64,000 nucleotides of DNA from Gemmatales bacterium. Lineage in GTDB: Bacteria; Planctomycetota; Planctomycetia; Gemmatales; HRBIN36. The DNA is taken from positions 672,001 to 736,000 of the forward strand of contig JBEPZY010000001.1 in NCBI GenBank assembly GCA_041640595.1. Reading direction: 5' to 3'. The notes under the pieces are model-generated. The model did not search any database. It saw only the letters and a list, made by a program, of their open reading frames with translations, and was not told the DNA's origin. Both the position numbers and the translations under genes were made by a program. Shown here in pieces: positions 42,388 to 52,685 of the stretch (the stretch's first letter is position 1; every line of letters starts with the position of its first letter).

Positions 42388-42509
42388 CGTTAGCTATTGT
42401 CTTTATCTAGCTGCCGCCAGCCAAATCGGAATTGAGCAGCACGCCAGGACGGCGTATAATCGTGGAAAAGGGCGAATTTTCATGGTGCCATCTGCCAGGA
42501 AACCTTGTC

Positions 42510-43049
42510 GTGCTGCTGTGTCGTCCGCGGGTGGCTGATCTGCTTTTCTGCGTCTATAATCGGGCGTTGCACCCCGAGCTGTTTGACGTTTTGTCCACTC
42601 ACCGGCTGGAGCGGTCAGATTTTTTGCTGCATGTGTGGATTACCTGCAGTGGGCACGTCTTGACCTGGACCGACGGTAAACGCCAATTGACGGAAGTTGT
42701 GGCGTCGCAACAGGATACGTTACCGGAACAGTGGTTGGTGCGTATGCCCTTACGCGGAGAACGTCAGGCGGAAGTCGCAGAACTACCCGGAGTTCGCTAT
42801 CAGGCCAGTTTCCAGGAGGAACGCCTGCCCCAGGAAGTGTTCGTGCAGGTACATGATGAGATTGTCCAGGACGGGCAGACAGAGGGCATCCTCATTCAAT
42901 TGGGAGCCGGTGGCCGCATGGCTGTTGTCCCAGTTAGTTATCTCAACCCGCAAGCTCGCCCTCGTTCGCTCCTGGTTTACGCATTCCACACTTTCCCGGA
43001 CGAATACACAATAGTCAAAACCCAGACGTTGATCGAATCCGTGCCCTAG
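42510..43049 (+). CDS. DUF2617-like protein
   Basis: RPRVADL..RALHPELF, GHVLTW..LTEV, AFHTFPDEYTIVKTQTLIE pattern; GTG start at 42510 is inferred. Confidence 0.7.
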   Translation: MLLCRPRVADLLFCVYNRALHPELFDVLSTHRLERSDFLLHVWITCSGHVLTWTDGKRQLTEVVASQQDTLPEQWLVRMPLRGERQAEVAELPGVRYQASFQEERLPQEVFVQVHDEIVQDGQTEGILIQLGAGGRMAVVPVSYLNPQARPRSLLVYAFHTFPDEYTIVKTQTLIESVP

Positions 43050-43055
43050 GCAGTC

Positions 43056-43967
43056 ATGCTGAAAATTACGCTACGCACCGCCCTTACCGTTCCACTGGAA
43101 GCCGAATGCATTCGGCCGGATAGCCTGTGCCATCTAAAACCGGCTGAGATTTTGCAACAGCCTGTCTGGTACGGTAATCGAGAGGAGAAACTGGGGGATT
43201 TTTTTGACGTGCAGGGCAGCGGGGAAGATGGAGAAATTCATATCGAGGGAGATTTGTCCAAAGTGAAATGGTTGGGCGCCCACATGACAGCGGGCCGGCT
43301 GATCGTGCATGGGCCGGTCGGTATGCATCTCGGTTCTCAAATGCGCGGTGGCAGCATTGAAGTATTCGGCTCGGTTTCCGACTGGCTCGGCGCGGAAATG
43401 CGTGCCGGGAAAATTCATGTCCACGGTAATGCGGGGCACCTTGTTGGCGCGGCGTATCGTGGCAGTCGGGCTGGCATGCGGGGTGGCGTCATTCTTGTCG
43501 AAGGGAACGCGGGCACCGAAGTCGGACACGGTTTACGGCGGGGTCTGATCGTGATCGGCGGTGACGTTGGCGATTTTTGCGGTGTCAATCTGATTGCCGG
43601 CACCGTCTGCGTTTTTGGCCGGGTGGGCTGGCGTGCTGGAGCAGGTCTCAAACGCGGCAGCATTGTCCTGTTCAACCAGGACAGCGGTTTTCGGCCATTG
43701 CCAACGTACCGTCTCAGCGGCGTCTATGAACTGGTGTGGCTACGCATTCTGGCCAGGCAGTTCGCGTTCTGGCGGTTCCGTCCGGCTGCGCTCGCTGGTG
43801 AGCAACAAGAAGGTAATGGCGTGGGACACGCTGCACAACCTAACGCCCACGCATCCGACACAAACTTGTCCGAACGGCTTCTGGAGCTATGTTCTGGCCG
43901 GTTCTGCCGCTACTGCGGGGATTTTGCAGAACTGCCCAAAGGCGAAATTTTGCAACGAACATCATAA
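43056..43967 (+). CDS. fwdC: Formylmethanofuran dehydrogenase subunit C (FwdC/FhcC-like)
   Basis: GXGXG beta-helix repeats (GAHMTAG, GSQMRGG, GAEMRAG, GAAYRGSRAGMRGG); LEAECIRPD N-terminus. Confidence 0.9.
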   Translation: MLKITLRTALTVPLEAECIRPDSLCHLKPAEILQQPVWYGNREEKLGDFFDVQGSGEDGEIHIEGDLSKVKWLGAHMTAGRLIVHGPVGMHLGSQMRGGSIEVFGSVSDWLGAEMRAGKIHVHGNAGHLVGAAYRGSRAGMRGGVILVEGNAGTEVGHGLRRGLIVIGGDVGDFCGVNLIAGTVCVFGRVGWRAGAGLKRGSIVLFNQDSGFRPLPTYRLSGVYELVWLRILARQFAFWRFRPAALAGEQQEGNGVGHAAQPNAHASDTNLSERLLELCSGRFCRYCGDFAELPKGEILQRTS

Positions 43968-44624
43968 GATGCCGTAACGAGCAAAGGTTTCTCGAACGCT
44001 TTTACCAGCCGCCAGTTCATCTCGTACCCGATTTTCACCGGTTACCTTCGCCAGAGCCAGCTGCAGTGCCCGTTCGGCCAGCGTAAGCGGCACGACCACA
44101 ATTCCGTCGAAGTCAGCAAAAACGATGTCGCCAGGGTGAATCATACACTCACCTATCAGAACCGGTCCGTTCATGTATAGCCCTTGCAGCCTACCTTTGG
44201 AATCGAGCGGACAGAATCCAGCCGCGAACACGGGAAAATCGAGGCGGAGAATTTTCTCAACATCCCGCGTCAAGCCGTCCGTGACGACGCCTGCAGCGCC
44301 ACGTGCTTTACAGGCTGTCGAAAGTAACTCGCCCCACAAGGCACAACTGGTATCATTGCGGGTACTGGCCAGTAACACATCTCCCGGTTGGAGCTGATCT
44401 ACGCATTCCATTTCCAGGGCGTATGGGATCTCCGGCATTTCCGTGGCAGGGCCCAGCGCCAGTGTTACGGCACGACCGACAATTCGCCAGTGAGGTGCGA
44501 GCGGGCGAATATAGTGGGGCAGGGCACTCGTGCGATGTCCGAGCGTATCCAGAACATCCGCCAGCACCGCACTGTATAACACGGACACATGGCGACGATA
44601 CTCGGCCAGCACGGAGTCGTTCAT
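43962..44624 (-). CDS. RraA/HMG aldolase family protein
   Basis: SAVLADVLD, ALWGELLSTAC..RGAAGVVTDGLTRD, PGDIVFADFDG; start reassigned to ATG 44624 (GAGGGG RBS). Confidence 0.9.
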   Translation of the reverse strand: MNDSVLAEYRRHVSVLYSAVLADVLDTLGHRTSALPHYIRPLAPHWRIVGRAVTLALGPATEMPEIPYALEMECVDQLQPGDVLLASTRNDTSCALWGELLSTACKARGAAGVVTDGLTRDVEKILRLDFPVFAAGFCPLDSKGRLQGLYMNGPVLIGECMIHPGDIVFADFDGIVVVPLTLAERALQLALAKVTGENRVRDELAAGKSVRETFARYGIL

Positions 44625-44730
44625 GACCTGCCCCTCTTTTTGCAAGTTGGTCTGGTCAGATGCCATGCGGATAGAATATTCACGTGCAGGTTGCTGCCAA
44701 CGGATGTATCGCACAAACACACGAATGAAT

Positions 44731-45081
44731 ATGGCGGAAACTTTTGTGCTCATTGCTGGCCGTACCTCGCGGCAAGGGACCAGCCTGAACGAGAGCAAAT
44801 TCGGTAAGGAATATCTGGAGGAGACCCACACGCTGTGGATGAACAGTGCTGACCTGGCTGAGCTGGGCTTGAAACCTGGAAGTCGTGTGCGAATTCGCAG
44901 CCAGTGGGGTAGTGCGGAGGTGATTGTACAGGTGGACAAACGAGGAGAACTGCCGCGGGGTGTGGTTTTCATCGCCTACGGGGATGCGTCCAGCCGACTC
45001 ATGGGGGGCGACACTCACGGGACAGGGATGCCGGATAGCAAAGGAATCGATGTAACCATCGAACCGCTGCCAGCTAGCTGA
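44731..45081 (+). CDS. fwdD: Formylmethanofuran dehydrogenase subunit D-like protein (molybdopterin dinucleotide-binding domain)
   Basis: LIAGRTSRQG, MNSADLAELG, GVVFIAYG, THGTGMPDSKG; directly upstream of fwdB; start at 44725 or 44731. Confidence 0.85.
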   Translation: MAETFVLIAGRTSRQGTSLNESKFGKEYLEETHTLWMNSADLAELGLKPGSRVRIRSQWGSAEVIVQVDKRGELPRGVVFIAYGDASSRLMGGDTHGTGMPDSKGIDVTIEPLPAS

Positions 45082-45117
45082 AGTTTTGGACCGGCTTCCC
45101 GATAACAGGAGACGACC

Positions 45118-46443
45118 ATGAGCGCCACGCTGACGGATATACGAATCGTTGAAAACGCGACGTGTACGTTTTGCGGCTGCGTGTGCGACGATATGGTTTT
45201 GAAGGTGCAGGGCGACCGCATTGTGGAAGCGAAAAACGCCTGTGTGCTGGGAAAAGCCTGGTTCCTGAGCCATCACGGCGAAGATCGGCCGGTGGCACTC
45301 ATTGAAGGCCAACCAGCCAGCCTGGAAGAGGCGGTGGAGCGTGCCGCGGAAATACTTGTTAAGGCCAGGTATCCGGTCGTTTACGGGCTATCGGACACCA
45401 CCTGCGAAGCTCAGCGTATAGCGGTGGCGATCGCCGACTGGATTGGCGGCTGCGTTGATACTACCACGTCGGTTTGTCACGGACCGTCCGGAATGGCGTT
45501 TCAAGGAGTGGGTGAGGTAACCTGTTCGCTGGGCGAGGTCAAGAATCGCGCCGATCTGGTGGTCTTCTGGGGTTGCAATCCGGCGGAATCGCACCCGCGA
45601 CACATGACCCGATACTCGACCATGCCCCGTGGTTTATTCGTTCCGAACGGCCGCAAAGATCGGACTGTGGTGCTTGTGGACGTTCGACGCACCAAGACCG
45701 CTCCAGCAGCGGACATTTTCCTGCAAATCAAGCCGCGCAGGGATTTCGAAGCTCTCTGGGCACTTCGAGCCCTGATCAAAGGATATTCTCCGGGTCCTTC
45801 CATTGAGGAAGAAACGGGCATTTCGTTAGCGCAACTACAGGACTTGGCTCAGCGAATGAAATCGTGCAAGTTTGGCGTGCTCTTTTTCGGTATGGGTTTA
45901 TCCATGACTCGGGGCAAACACCTCAACGTAGAGGCGGCCCTGGCACTCGCTCGCGATTTGAACCAGTACACCAAGTTTTACATCAAACCAATGCGTGGTC
46001 ATGGGAACGTGACTGGAGCAGATAATGTCGTCAGCTGGCAGACCGGTTATCCTTTTGGTGTGAATCTGGCCCGGGGTTATCCGCGATTTAATCCGGGGGA
46101 ATACACGACCGCCGATCTGCTAGCCCGAGGCGAAGCAGACGCGGCATTGATTATTGCTTCCGACCCCATGGCTAATTTCTCGGAGCCGGCCCGAGAACAT
46201 TTGCGCCGGATTCCGTATATCGCCCTGGATCCTAAAGAGACCCCCACCACGCGACACGCTACCGTCGCTTTCACGACGGCGGTATATGGCATCAACGTGG
46301 CAGGCACGGTTTATCGCATGGACGATGTACCGATTCGCCTGCGACCGGCCATTCCGTCGCCGTATCCGAGTGACGAAGAAGTCCTGCGACGCCTGGAGCG
46401 CCGCATTAGGCAATTACTCGGAGTCGGCACACAAAAAGCATAA
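45118..46443 (+). CDS. fwdB: Formylmethanofuran dehydrogenase subunit B
   Basis: CTFCGCVCDD [4Fe-4S] motif, SVCHGPS, CSLGEVKNRAD, WGCNPAESHPRH, PMRGHGNV, WQTGYP. Confidence 0.93.
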   Translation: MSATLTDIRIVENATCTFCGCVCDDMVLKVQGDRIVEAKNACVLGKAWFLSHHGEDRPVALIEGQPASLEEAVERAAEILVKARYPVVYGLSDTTCEAQRIAVAIADWIGGCVDTTTSVCHGPSGMAFQGVGEVTCSLGEVKNRADLVVFWGCNPAESHPRHMTRYSTMPRGLFVPNGRKDRTVVLVDVRRTKTAPAADIFLQIKPRRDFEALWALRALIKGYSPGPSIEEETGISLAQLQDLAQRMKSCKFGVLFFGMGLSMTRGKHLNVEAALALARDLNQYTKFYIKPMRGHGNVTGADNVVSWQTGYPFGVNLARGYPRFNPGEYTTADLLARGEADAALIIASDPMANFSEPAREHLRRIPYIALDPKETPTTRHATVAFTTAVYGINVAGTVYRMDDVPIRLRPAIPSPYPSDEEVLRRLERRIRQLLGVGTQKA

Positions 46444-46453
46444 ACGCGGAAGT

Positions 46454-46969
46454 ATGGCTATGAATGAGGCAGCAAGTCATCAGTCGCAATCATCCCATGA
46501 AATAACTGCCACGGAGCCGGTGACCGGGCAGCCCAGGGAAAAGACATCGCGGCGTCGGGGCAGGAAAACTGTGCTCGTGGCCTTCAAGGTCGAGCAGGAG
46601 TTGGCGCGTGTGCTCGACCAGTTGCCGAACAAAAGCGATTTCATTCGTCGGGCTATCATCGCCCAGTTGAACATGGCGTGTCCGTTGTGCGAAGGGACGG
46701 GCGTCTTGCCGCGCGGATTGCATGACCATTATGTAGCGCACCTGCGGGAGATAGCTCAACGCAACTGCGAACGATGCGGGAGAAGCGAACCATTACCCGC
46801 CTCGCCAGCCGAAATCCCTGCCGAGGACAGACCTAGGTTAGAGCAGTTCTTTTTCGGGGGTCCGTTTTACTGCCACAACTGTTATGATACTGCTCCTGCC
46901 TGTGACGATTGCGGCTGGCATATTGCTCCCGAACAGGCACGTCAGCATCAGCACGAACATAAACGCTAA
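46454..46969 (+). CDS. Ribbon-helix-helix protein with C-terminal multi-CxxC zinc ribbons
   Basis: VLVAFKVEQELARVLDQLPNKSDFIRRAI (RHH-like); CPLC, CERC, CHNC, CDDC. Confidence 0.7.
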   Translation: MAMNEAASHQSQSSHEITATEPVTGQPREKTSRRRGRKTVLVAFKVEQELARVLDQLPNKSDFIRRAIIAQLNMACPLCEGTGVLPRGLHDHYVAHLREIAQRNCERCGRSEPLPASPAEIPAEDRPRLEQFFFGGPFYCHNCYDTAPACDDCGWHIAPEQARQHQHEHKR

Positions 46970-47086
46970 CCGGTTTTTCACGATAGCACCTGCGCAGGAT
47001 AAGGCACACCGTGGTTTTCGCATCTGGCCAGGGTTGCGATAGAACCACCAAACGGACGTGCAAACCACACCAAACTCACCTTCCGT

Positions 47087-47824
47087 TCACGCCTCCGATG
47101 CGTCCAGAGTAATCCGGTACTCCACTGCCTGGGGCGAATGAAGCAAGGCGCGCAGATAGCACGGAGCCGCAGACGGTAGTTGCAAAGGCTGCAATATCCA
47201 ATGGCTGTCGGACGTTTGGCAGTGTGCTACCAGCGTGTAACCACGCCCGCCCAGGATTAGCCGGGAACCTTCTATTTTGGGTGCATCGCTAGGGCGACTG
47301 AGCGCTACTGGAATTTGCAAGCGAAAGCCGGGGATCGTCCACTGCATCCGGCAAACGTATTCCAGCCCACTTGGTGCCAGTGAGAAAAATTCCTCGATGA
47401 CAGGGCCAGCGTAAAGTTTCCAGGTCACACTCCACGACAGGAACTGGCCAGACTCCTGCTCGATGTCGAGCCACGCATCGTACCAGCTGGCAGGCAAGCC
47501 GGCCAGAGGTATCCACGAACCATCAGCCTCACGGTAAAGAGGACCAAGAGCAATGGCATTGGTGTTGACGCTGTCCGGAGCCAGGTCTTCTGAAGTCCGC
47601 AAGGACGAAGTGTCCCAGAAAGGCACCTGGTTACCGAAAGCAAAATGCACTACCCCCAGTGGTGTGTCGCTCGTTTCTCGTTGAAGAACCAACACCAGGC
47701 GATAAAAACCAGAAGCGGCTCGTAAGTAGCGTGGCTCGGAGATAGTGCCTTCGACAAGCAGGCGGTCAGGCTCAAAGGCTATACTCATGGGATCGGTTTG
47801 ACGAGCTTCCTGGTACTGCGACAT
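47087..47824 (-). CDS. Hypothetical protein
   Basis: 245 aa ORF filling the gap; no recognisable motif. Confidence 0.5.
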   Translation of the reverse strand: MSQYQEARQTDPMSIAFEPDRLLVEGTISEPRYLRAASGFYRLVLVLQRETSDTPLGVVHFAFGNQVPFWDTSSLRTSEDLAPDSVNTNAIALGPLYREADGSWIPLAGLPASWYDAWLDIEQESGQFLSWSVTWKLYAGPVIEEFFSLAPSGLEYVCRMQWTIPGFRLQIPVALSRPSDAPKIEGSRLILGGRGYTLVAHCQTSDSHWILQPLQLPSAAPCYLRALLHSPQAVEYRITLDASEA

Positions 47825-47931
47825 TCAGACATTTGTGCTCCAAGGCTCCGATAGGGTAACTGATACAATTAGCTGCGGAGTGCGGATAAAAGAGTCGCAA
47901 ATCCGAAGGGTTGCCTCAAGCCCGGCCATGA

Positions 47932-48438
47932 CTATAAGTAGTTCGCTACAAACCGCAAAATGTCCCGAGCCGAAATTACTCCCAGCGGTCGTTCTTTACG
48001 GACTACCGGCAGATGGCGATAGTCGCCAGCATCCATCTTATGGACTGCGAACAACACCGGATGGTCGGGGTGAACGGTTTCCGGGTTGGGAGTCATGAAC
48101 ATACTGACCGGCAAATTTTCGAATTGTTCGTGTTGTCCGACCACACGCATCAACAAATCGCGCTCACTGAATATGCCAACAATTTGCCCGGCGTCATTAA
48201 CGACCAGGACAGCACCGATAGAAAAATCCACCATGCGGCGGATAGCTTCTCGTACCGGGGTATTGGGCAAGACGGTAACCGGTTTCTGGGGACGCAATTG
48301 CTTGATTTTCGTGTCCATCAAGGCCTGGCTCAGTTCATCGCGGGGTTGCGGCATGTCCAGCGGAGTCAATGGTTGCCCGCAGTACATACAACTCTCTTCG
48401 CCAGGCAGGTTGTCGTAGCCGCAAAAAGGGCAAATCAC
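47932..48438 (-). CDS. CBS-pair protein with N-terminal zinc ribbon
   Basis: CPFC...CMYC; GIFSERD, YRHLPVV; GGAGG before the GTG start. Confidence 0.9.
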   Translation of the reverse strand: MICPFCGYDNLPGEESCMYCGQPLTPLDMPQPRDELSQALMDTKIKQLRPQKPVTVLPNTPVREAIRRMVDFSIGAVLVVNDAGQIVGIFSERDLLMRVVGQHEQFENLPVSMFMTPNPETVHPDHPVLFAVHKMDAGDYRHLPVVRKERPLGVISARDILRFVANYL

Positions 48439-48544
48439 AGAAACACCTCCGCAGCACTGTCTATTACCCGGCAGCGCTTGACGCTACCGAGTAGATGGGC
48501 GTTGCTGCACAGTATATGAGACGAACGTGTTTGCTCGCTTGGAG

Positions 48545-49597
48545 TTAATCCTGGGCCGCGGGTCCGTTGGCTTCGCTTTCTTCCACCACCCAGATGTCAT
48601 CGCTCTGGAAAAGCTCTTCGAGTTTGCCCCGACCTTTGGCCTTGATGACATCCTCCACCTGCCGATTGAGCAATTCCTCAAAGGTTGGGCGTTCAATGGC
48701 GCGGAACACACCCACTGGCTCGGGAAATTGGGGATAGTACATGCGGCTAAGAATAAAGGCCAGGGTCGGCTCGGCTGCCTTCTCGTCGTGGATGACCAGA
48801 TCGTCCACACTGATTCCCTTGCCCAGTTCCACGACCTCCGGCTCCAGCCCGTTCAGTCGAATCCCCTTGTCACGTTGCTTTCCGAAAATAAGCGGTTTAC
48901 CGTGCTCCAGGTACAAAATATGGTCTGCTTTGACCTCTTTATCGGTCAGATATTCGAAGACACCATCGTTGAAAACCTTGCAGTTCTGATAGACCTCGAC
49001 AAAAGCCGACCCCTTATGCAGAGCCGCGCGACGAAGGGTATCGGTAAGGTGATTGATGTCCACGTCCACAGTGCGTGCTACAAAGGTTGCTTCCGCAGCC
49101 AGGGCCACGGTAATCGGTCGGATGGGGTTTTCCACCGAACCGAGTGGACTCGATTTGGTGCGGGTTCCCAATCGGGAAGTCGGCGAGTACTGCCCCTTGG
49201 TCAAGCCGTAAATTTCATTATTGAACAGCACAATCTTGATATCCACATTGCGGCGCAGCGCGTGCAGGAGGTGATTGCCCCCGATAGAAAGACCGTCACC
49301 GTCGCCGGTAATCACCCAGACCAGCAAATCCGGCCGGGCTACCTTCAGCCCAGTGGCGAACGTGGGCGCCCGACCATGAATGGTGTGGAATCCATAGGTG
49401 TTCATGTAATAAGGAAAGCGGCTGGAGCAGCCGATACCGGAGATGAACACAAATTTCTCTCGCGGAATGCCCAGCGAGGCACAGACCTTTTTCATCTGCG
49501 CCAGAATGGAATAATCACCGCATCCCGGGCACCAGCGGACGTCCTGGTCGCTGGCAAAATCCTTCGCAGTTAGTGTAGGTAGCGTTGCAGTAGGCAT
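48545..49597 (-). CDS. 2-oxoacid:ferredoxin oxidoreductase beta subunit
   Basis: WCPGCGD, SGIGCSSR, HGRA, GDGD (TPP-binding), YGLTKGQYSPT. Confidence 0.95.
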   Translation of the reverse strand: MPTATLPTLTAKDFASDQDVRWCPGCGDYSILAQMKKVCASLGIPREKFVFISGIGCSSRFPYYMNTYGFHTIHGRAPTFATGLKVARPDLLVWVITGDGDGLSIGGNHLLHALRRNVDIKIVLFNNEIYGLTKGQYSPTSRLGTRTKSSPLGSVENPIRPITVALAAEATFVARTVDVDINHLTDTLRRAALHKGSAFVEVYQNCKVFNDGVFEYLTDKEVKADHILYLEHGKPLIFGKQRDKGIRLNGLEPEVVELGKGISVDDLVIHDEKAAEPTLAFILSRMYYPQFPEPVGVFRAIERPTFEELLNRQVEDVIKAKGRGKLEELFQSDDIWVVEESEANGPAAQD

Positions 49598-49763
49598 GGT
49601 CGTCTCTCGCAGTCACCGGTCCGGGCACTGTTCACAGTACCCTATTCTGGTAAGCCTGAGTCTGTTGGACAATTGATCATCAGAAGCGACGTCTGGTTCC
49701 GCGTATTAACCCGGCCGCACCTTAGTGTTCTGATATTGCCGGCCGTTTCAGTCCCCGGCCGTT

Positions 49764-51644
49764 TCAGACGCGGAGAAGTTCGTGGATTTTTTCCTCGATC
49801 TCGCTGACCAGGAATGGCCGGCCCTGAATCTTATTCAATCCGACGCAGTCAACGAGATAACGTCCCTGCAGAAGCAGGCGTAGCTGGCCGGTATTAAGTT
49901 CCGGGACCAGTACGCGCTTATAACGCCGCAACACTTCTCCCGTGTTCTTCGGCATCGGATTGAGATAACGTAACTGGGCACAGGCCACGCTCAGTCCTTT
50001 TCGTTGAGCACGTTCCACGGCAGCCATGATAGCACCATACGTGCTACCCCAACTGATCACCAGCAGGTCGCCGCTCTCCGGGCCTTTGACGCTCAAAGGT
50101 GGGATTTCGTTAGCGATATTGGCAATTTTCTGAGCCCGTGTTCGCACCATGTGCTCGTGATTGAGCGGGTCGTAACTGACGTTACCCGTTACATCTTCCT
50201 TTTCCAACCCTCCGATGCGGTGTTCCAGGCCCGGTGTGCCTGGCAATGCCCAGGGTCGCACCAGCCGCTCATCCCGTTTGTAGGGCATAAACTGACCATC
50301 ATGATTCGGCTCGGTCGGGTGCCGAATTTCGATTTTTGGCAACTCTTCAAGCTTGGGAATGGGCCAGGGTTCTGCCGAGTTCGCCAGATAACCATCCGAG
50401 AGGAAGATGACCGGTGTCATGAACCGAACTGCCAGGCGAACGGCCTCCATAATCATGGTGAAGCACTCCGCCGGGGAAGCAGGGGCGACTACGGCTAGCG
50501 GAGATTCACCGTTGCGACCGAACAGGGCCTGCAACAAGTCGGCCTGCTCGGTTTTGGTGGGCATGCCCGTGCTGGGGCCCGCTCGCTGAACGTCTATCAC
50601 GACCACGGGAAGCTCTGCCATAACCGCCAGGTTGATGGCCTCCGATTTCAGGCACAAACCCGGCCCACTGGTTCCCGTTACGCCGAGAGCACCGCCGAAC
50701 GACGCACCGATAGCGCAACCCACGGCAGCTATTTCGTCCTCGGCCTGGATGGTGATTACGCCATACCGCTTCATCTCCGCCAGCGTGTGCAATATGTCAC
50801 TGGCTGGTGTAATAGGATAGCTGCAATAGACCAGGGTCTTGCCAGTGATTTGCGAGACGGCCACCAAACCCAGAGCCGTAGCTTCGTTCCCTGTGATTTT
50901 GCGATACCGACCTGGAGCAATTCGGGCCCTGGGCACGCGATACTGCACCGGTAACTCTTCGAGGGTCTCACCATAGTGATAGCCGGCTTTCAGAGCCCGA
51001 ATATTAGCTTCCATGACCGCAGGATTGCGGGCAAATTTTTCGCGAATCCAGCGAAGCGTCGGTTCGAGTGGACGCTCATAGAGCCAGTAAACCAGACCCA
51101 GAACGAAGAAGTTGCGGCAACGATCCACCTCGCGGGGACTGAGCTTGAGGTCGCTAAGAGCCTCCCGATTCAGACGAGTAATGGGCACCGCCAGCAGGCG
51201 ATACTTTTTCAGGCTGCCATCTTCCAGCGGGTTGGTTTTATAACCGGCTTTCTGCAGATCGCTGGTGGTAAAGGAATCCGAATTGACAATCAGAATGCCG
51301 CCTTCTTCCAGGTCTTTGATGTTGGTTTTGAGAGCGGCGGGATTCATTGCTACCAGAGCATTGACCCGATCGCCAGGGGTGTAAATGTCATAGCTGCTGA
51401 AATGAATCTGGTAACCGCTGACACCCGCTAAAGAACCTGCTGGTGCTCGAATTTCCGCAGGGAAGTCAGGAAGCGTGCTGATGTCGTTCCCGAACACCGC
51501 AGAGGCGTTGCTAAACTGCGTGCCCGCCAGTTGCATACCGTCGCCGGAGTCTCCAGCGAAGCGAACAACAACCTCGGGGCGCTCTTCAATTCGGTAGGAT
51601 TTAGTCCGATCGGGTTTGGTTGTCGCTTCCACAGTCGCGCTCAT
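49764..51644 (-). CDS. 2-oxoacid:ferredoxin oxidoreductase alpha subunit (fused gamma domain)
   Basis: [44 protein letters not shown] 51644 after AGGAG. Confidence 0.95.
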   Translation of the reverse strand: MSATVEATTKPDRTKSYRIEERPEVVVRFAGDSGDGMQLAGTQFSNASAVFGNDISTLPDFPAEIRAPAGSLAGVSGYQIHFSSYDIYTPGDRVNALVAMNPAALKTNIKDLEEGGILIVNSDSFTTSDLQKAGYKTNPLEDGSLKKYRLLAVPITRLNREALSDLKLSPREVDRCRNFFVLGLVYWLYERPLEPTLRWIREKFARNPAVMEANIRALKAGYHYGETLEELPVQYRVPRARIAPGRYRKITGNEATALGLVAVSQITGKTLVYCSYPITPASDILHTLAEMKRYGVITIQAEDEIAAVGCAIGASFGGALGVTGTSGPGLCLKSEAINLAVMAELPVVVIDVQRAGPSTGMPTKTEQADLLQALFGRNGESPLAVVAPASPAECFTMIMEAVRLAVRFMTPVIFLSDGYLANSAEPWPIPKLEELPKIEIRHPTEPNHDGQFMPYKRDERLVRPWALPGTPGLEHRIGGLEKEDVTGNVSYDPLNHEHMVRTRAQKIANIANEIPPLSVKGPESGDLLVISWGSTYGAIMAAVERAQRKGLSVACAQLRYLNPMPKNTGEVLRRYKRVLVPELNTGQLRLLLQGRYLVDCVGLNKIQGRPFLVSEIEEKIHELLRV

Positions 51645-51780
51645 GGGTCTTTCACTCCTCAAGACGACTTCGGCTGGCCAGGATTGCCGGCTCAAGCCTT
51701 TGCGTCCTTCTAATCCATCTTACGCTTGGCCAGGCGATAAATCTCTCTCTGCTGCGAAAATTTGGTGCTGCATCTGCGAT

Positions 51781-52251
51781 TCAGCCCCCGTATTCCTGCT
51801 GCACCTGATTAGGATCGGGTGGCTGATTATAGACCAGGTCAGGCATGTGTTCTGCAATGTAGCGCAAAATCCGCTTTATGGACAGGATGGCAATTGGAAA
51901 ACCGGCCTCGTTGACCACGGGCAGGTGGCGATAACCGCCGTGCTGCATTCGTCGCAACGCGATCCCGATGGTTTCGTTATCGCGCACCGTGACCGGATTC
52001 GGCGTCATGCACTCGCGCAGGGCAACATTGAGCGGTTTTCCCGTTGCGACCACTCGCCGCAGCAGATCCCGTTCGGTGAAAATTCCGATCAGTTGCCCAT
52101 CCTGACAAATGAGAACACAGCCAGTGCGATTTTCCTGCATACGCCGCACCGCTTCGCGGACAGTGTCCGCCGGTCGCAACAGCAACGGTTTCTGCAGGTC
52201 GGTCAACTGGCCGACTTTTTCGCTACGCAAGTTGCGGTCAAGTAACGGCAT
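51781..52251 (-). CDS. CBS-pair protein
   Basis: GIFTERD, MTPNP, YRHLPVV. Confidence 0.9.
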   Translation of the reverse strand: MPLLDRNLRSEKVGQLTDLQKPLLLRPADTVREAVRRMQENRTGCVLICQDGQLIGIFTERDLLRRVVATGKPLNVALRECMTPNPVTVRDNETIGIALRRMQHGGYRHLPVVNEAGFPIAILSIKRILRYIAEHMPDLVYNQPPDPNQVQQEYGG

Positions 52252-52685
52252 GATGAAGCTCGTCCCCTTACAACCGTTCCGGCTTATCCAATCCGTTCCC
52301 TCTAGTCAAGGATACCACCATCCGTCCGTGCGAGCCTCCCCATCAGCAGCCAAGTCCATTATTCCGATGCCGTCGCTTGCGACAGCCTTGCTTTGGCGGT
52401 ATCCTCGTAATGGACACTATATGACTTTTTCTCGGCAGAGTAAGCGCCAGGCTCAAATTTTGTTTGAGCGGGAATACCCGCAAAGCCTGCGATGTTTATC
52501 CAAATCCCAATAATATCCGGGAAAAACGCCTCGCCCCCTTGACGCTAGAGAACCAACCGGCTTTTCTCCGGTACCGAAGAAGGAGGCAGGTTTGGACAAA
52601 AGCGAACAATTGAGCTTCCCATAATTGCGACGGTTTGATACTGTCTGGCGGCTGTTCTTCCGACACGGCAAAAGGGAATGCTGAC

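Noticed and set aside
43962..45081. Apparent long overlap of ORFs 43962-44972 (-) and 44530-45081 (+)
   Set aside because: An artefact of longest-ORF starts; family motifs place the starts at 44624 and about 44731, which do not overlap.
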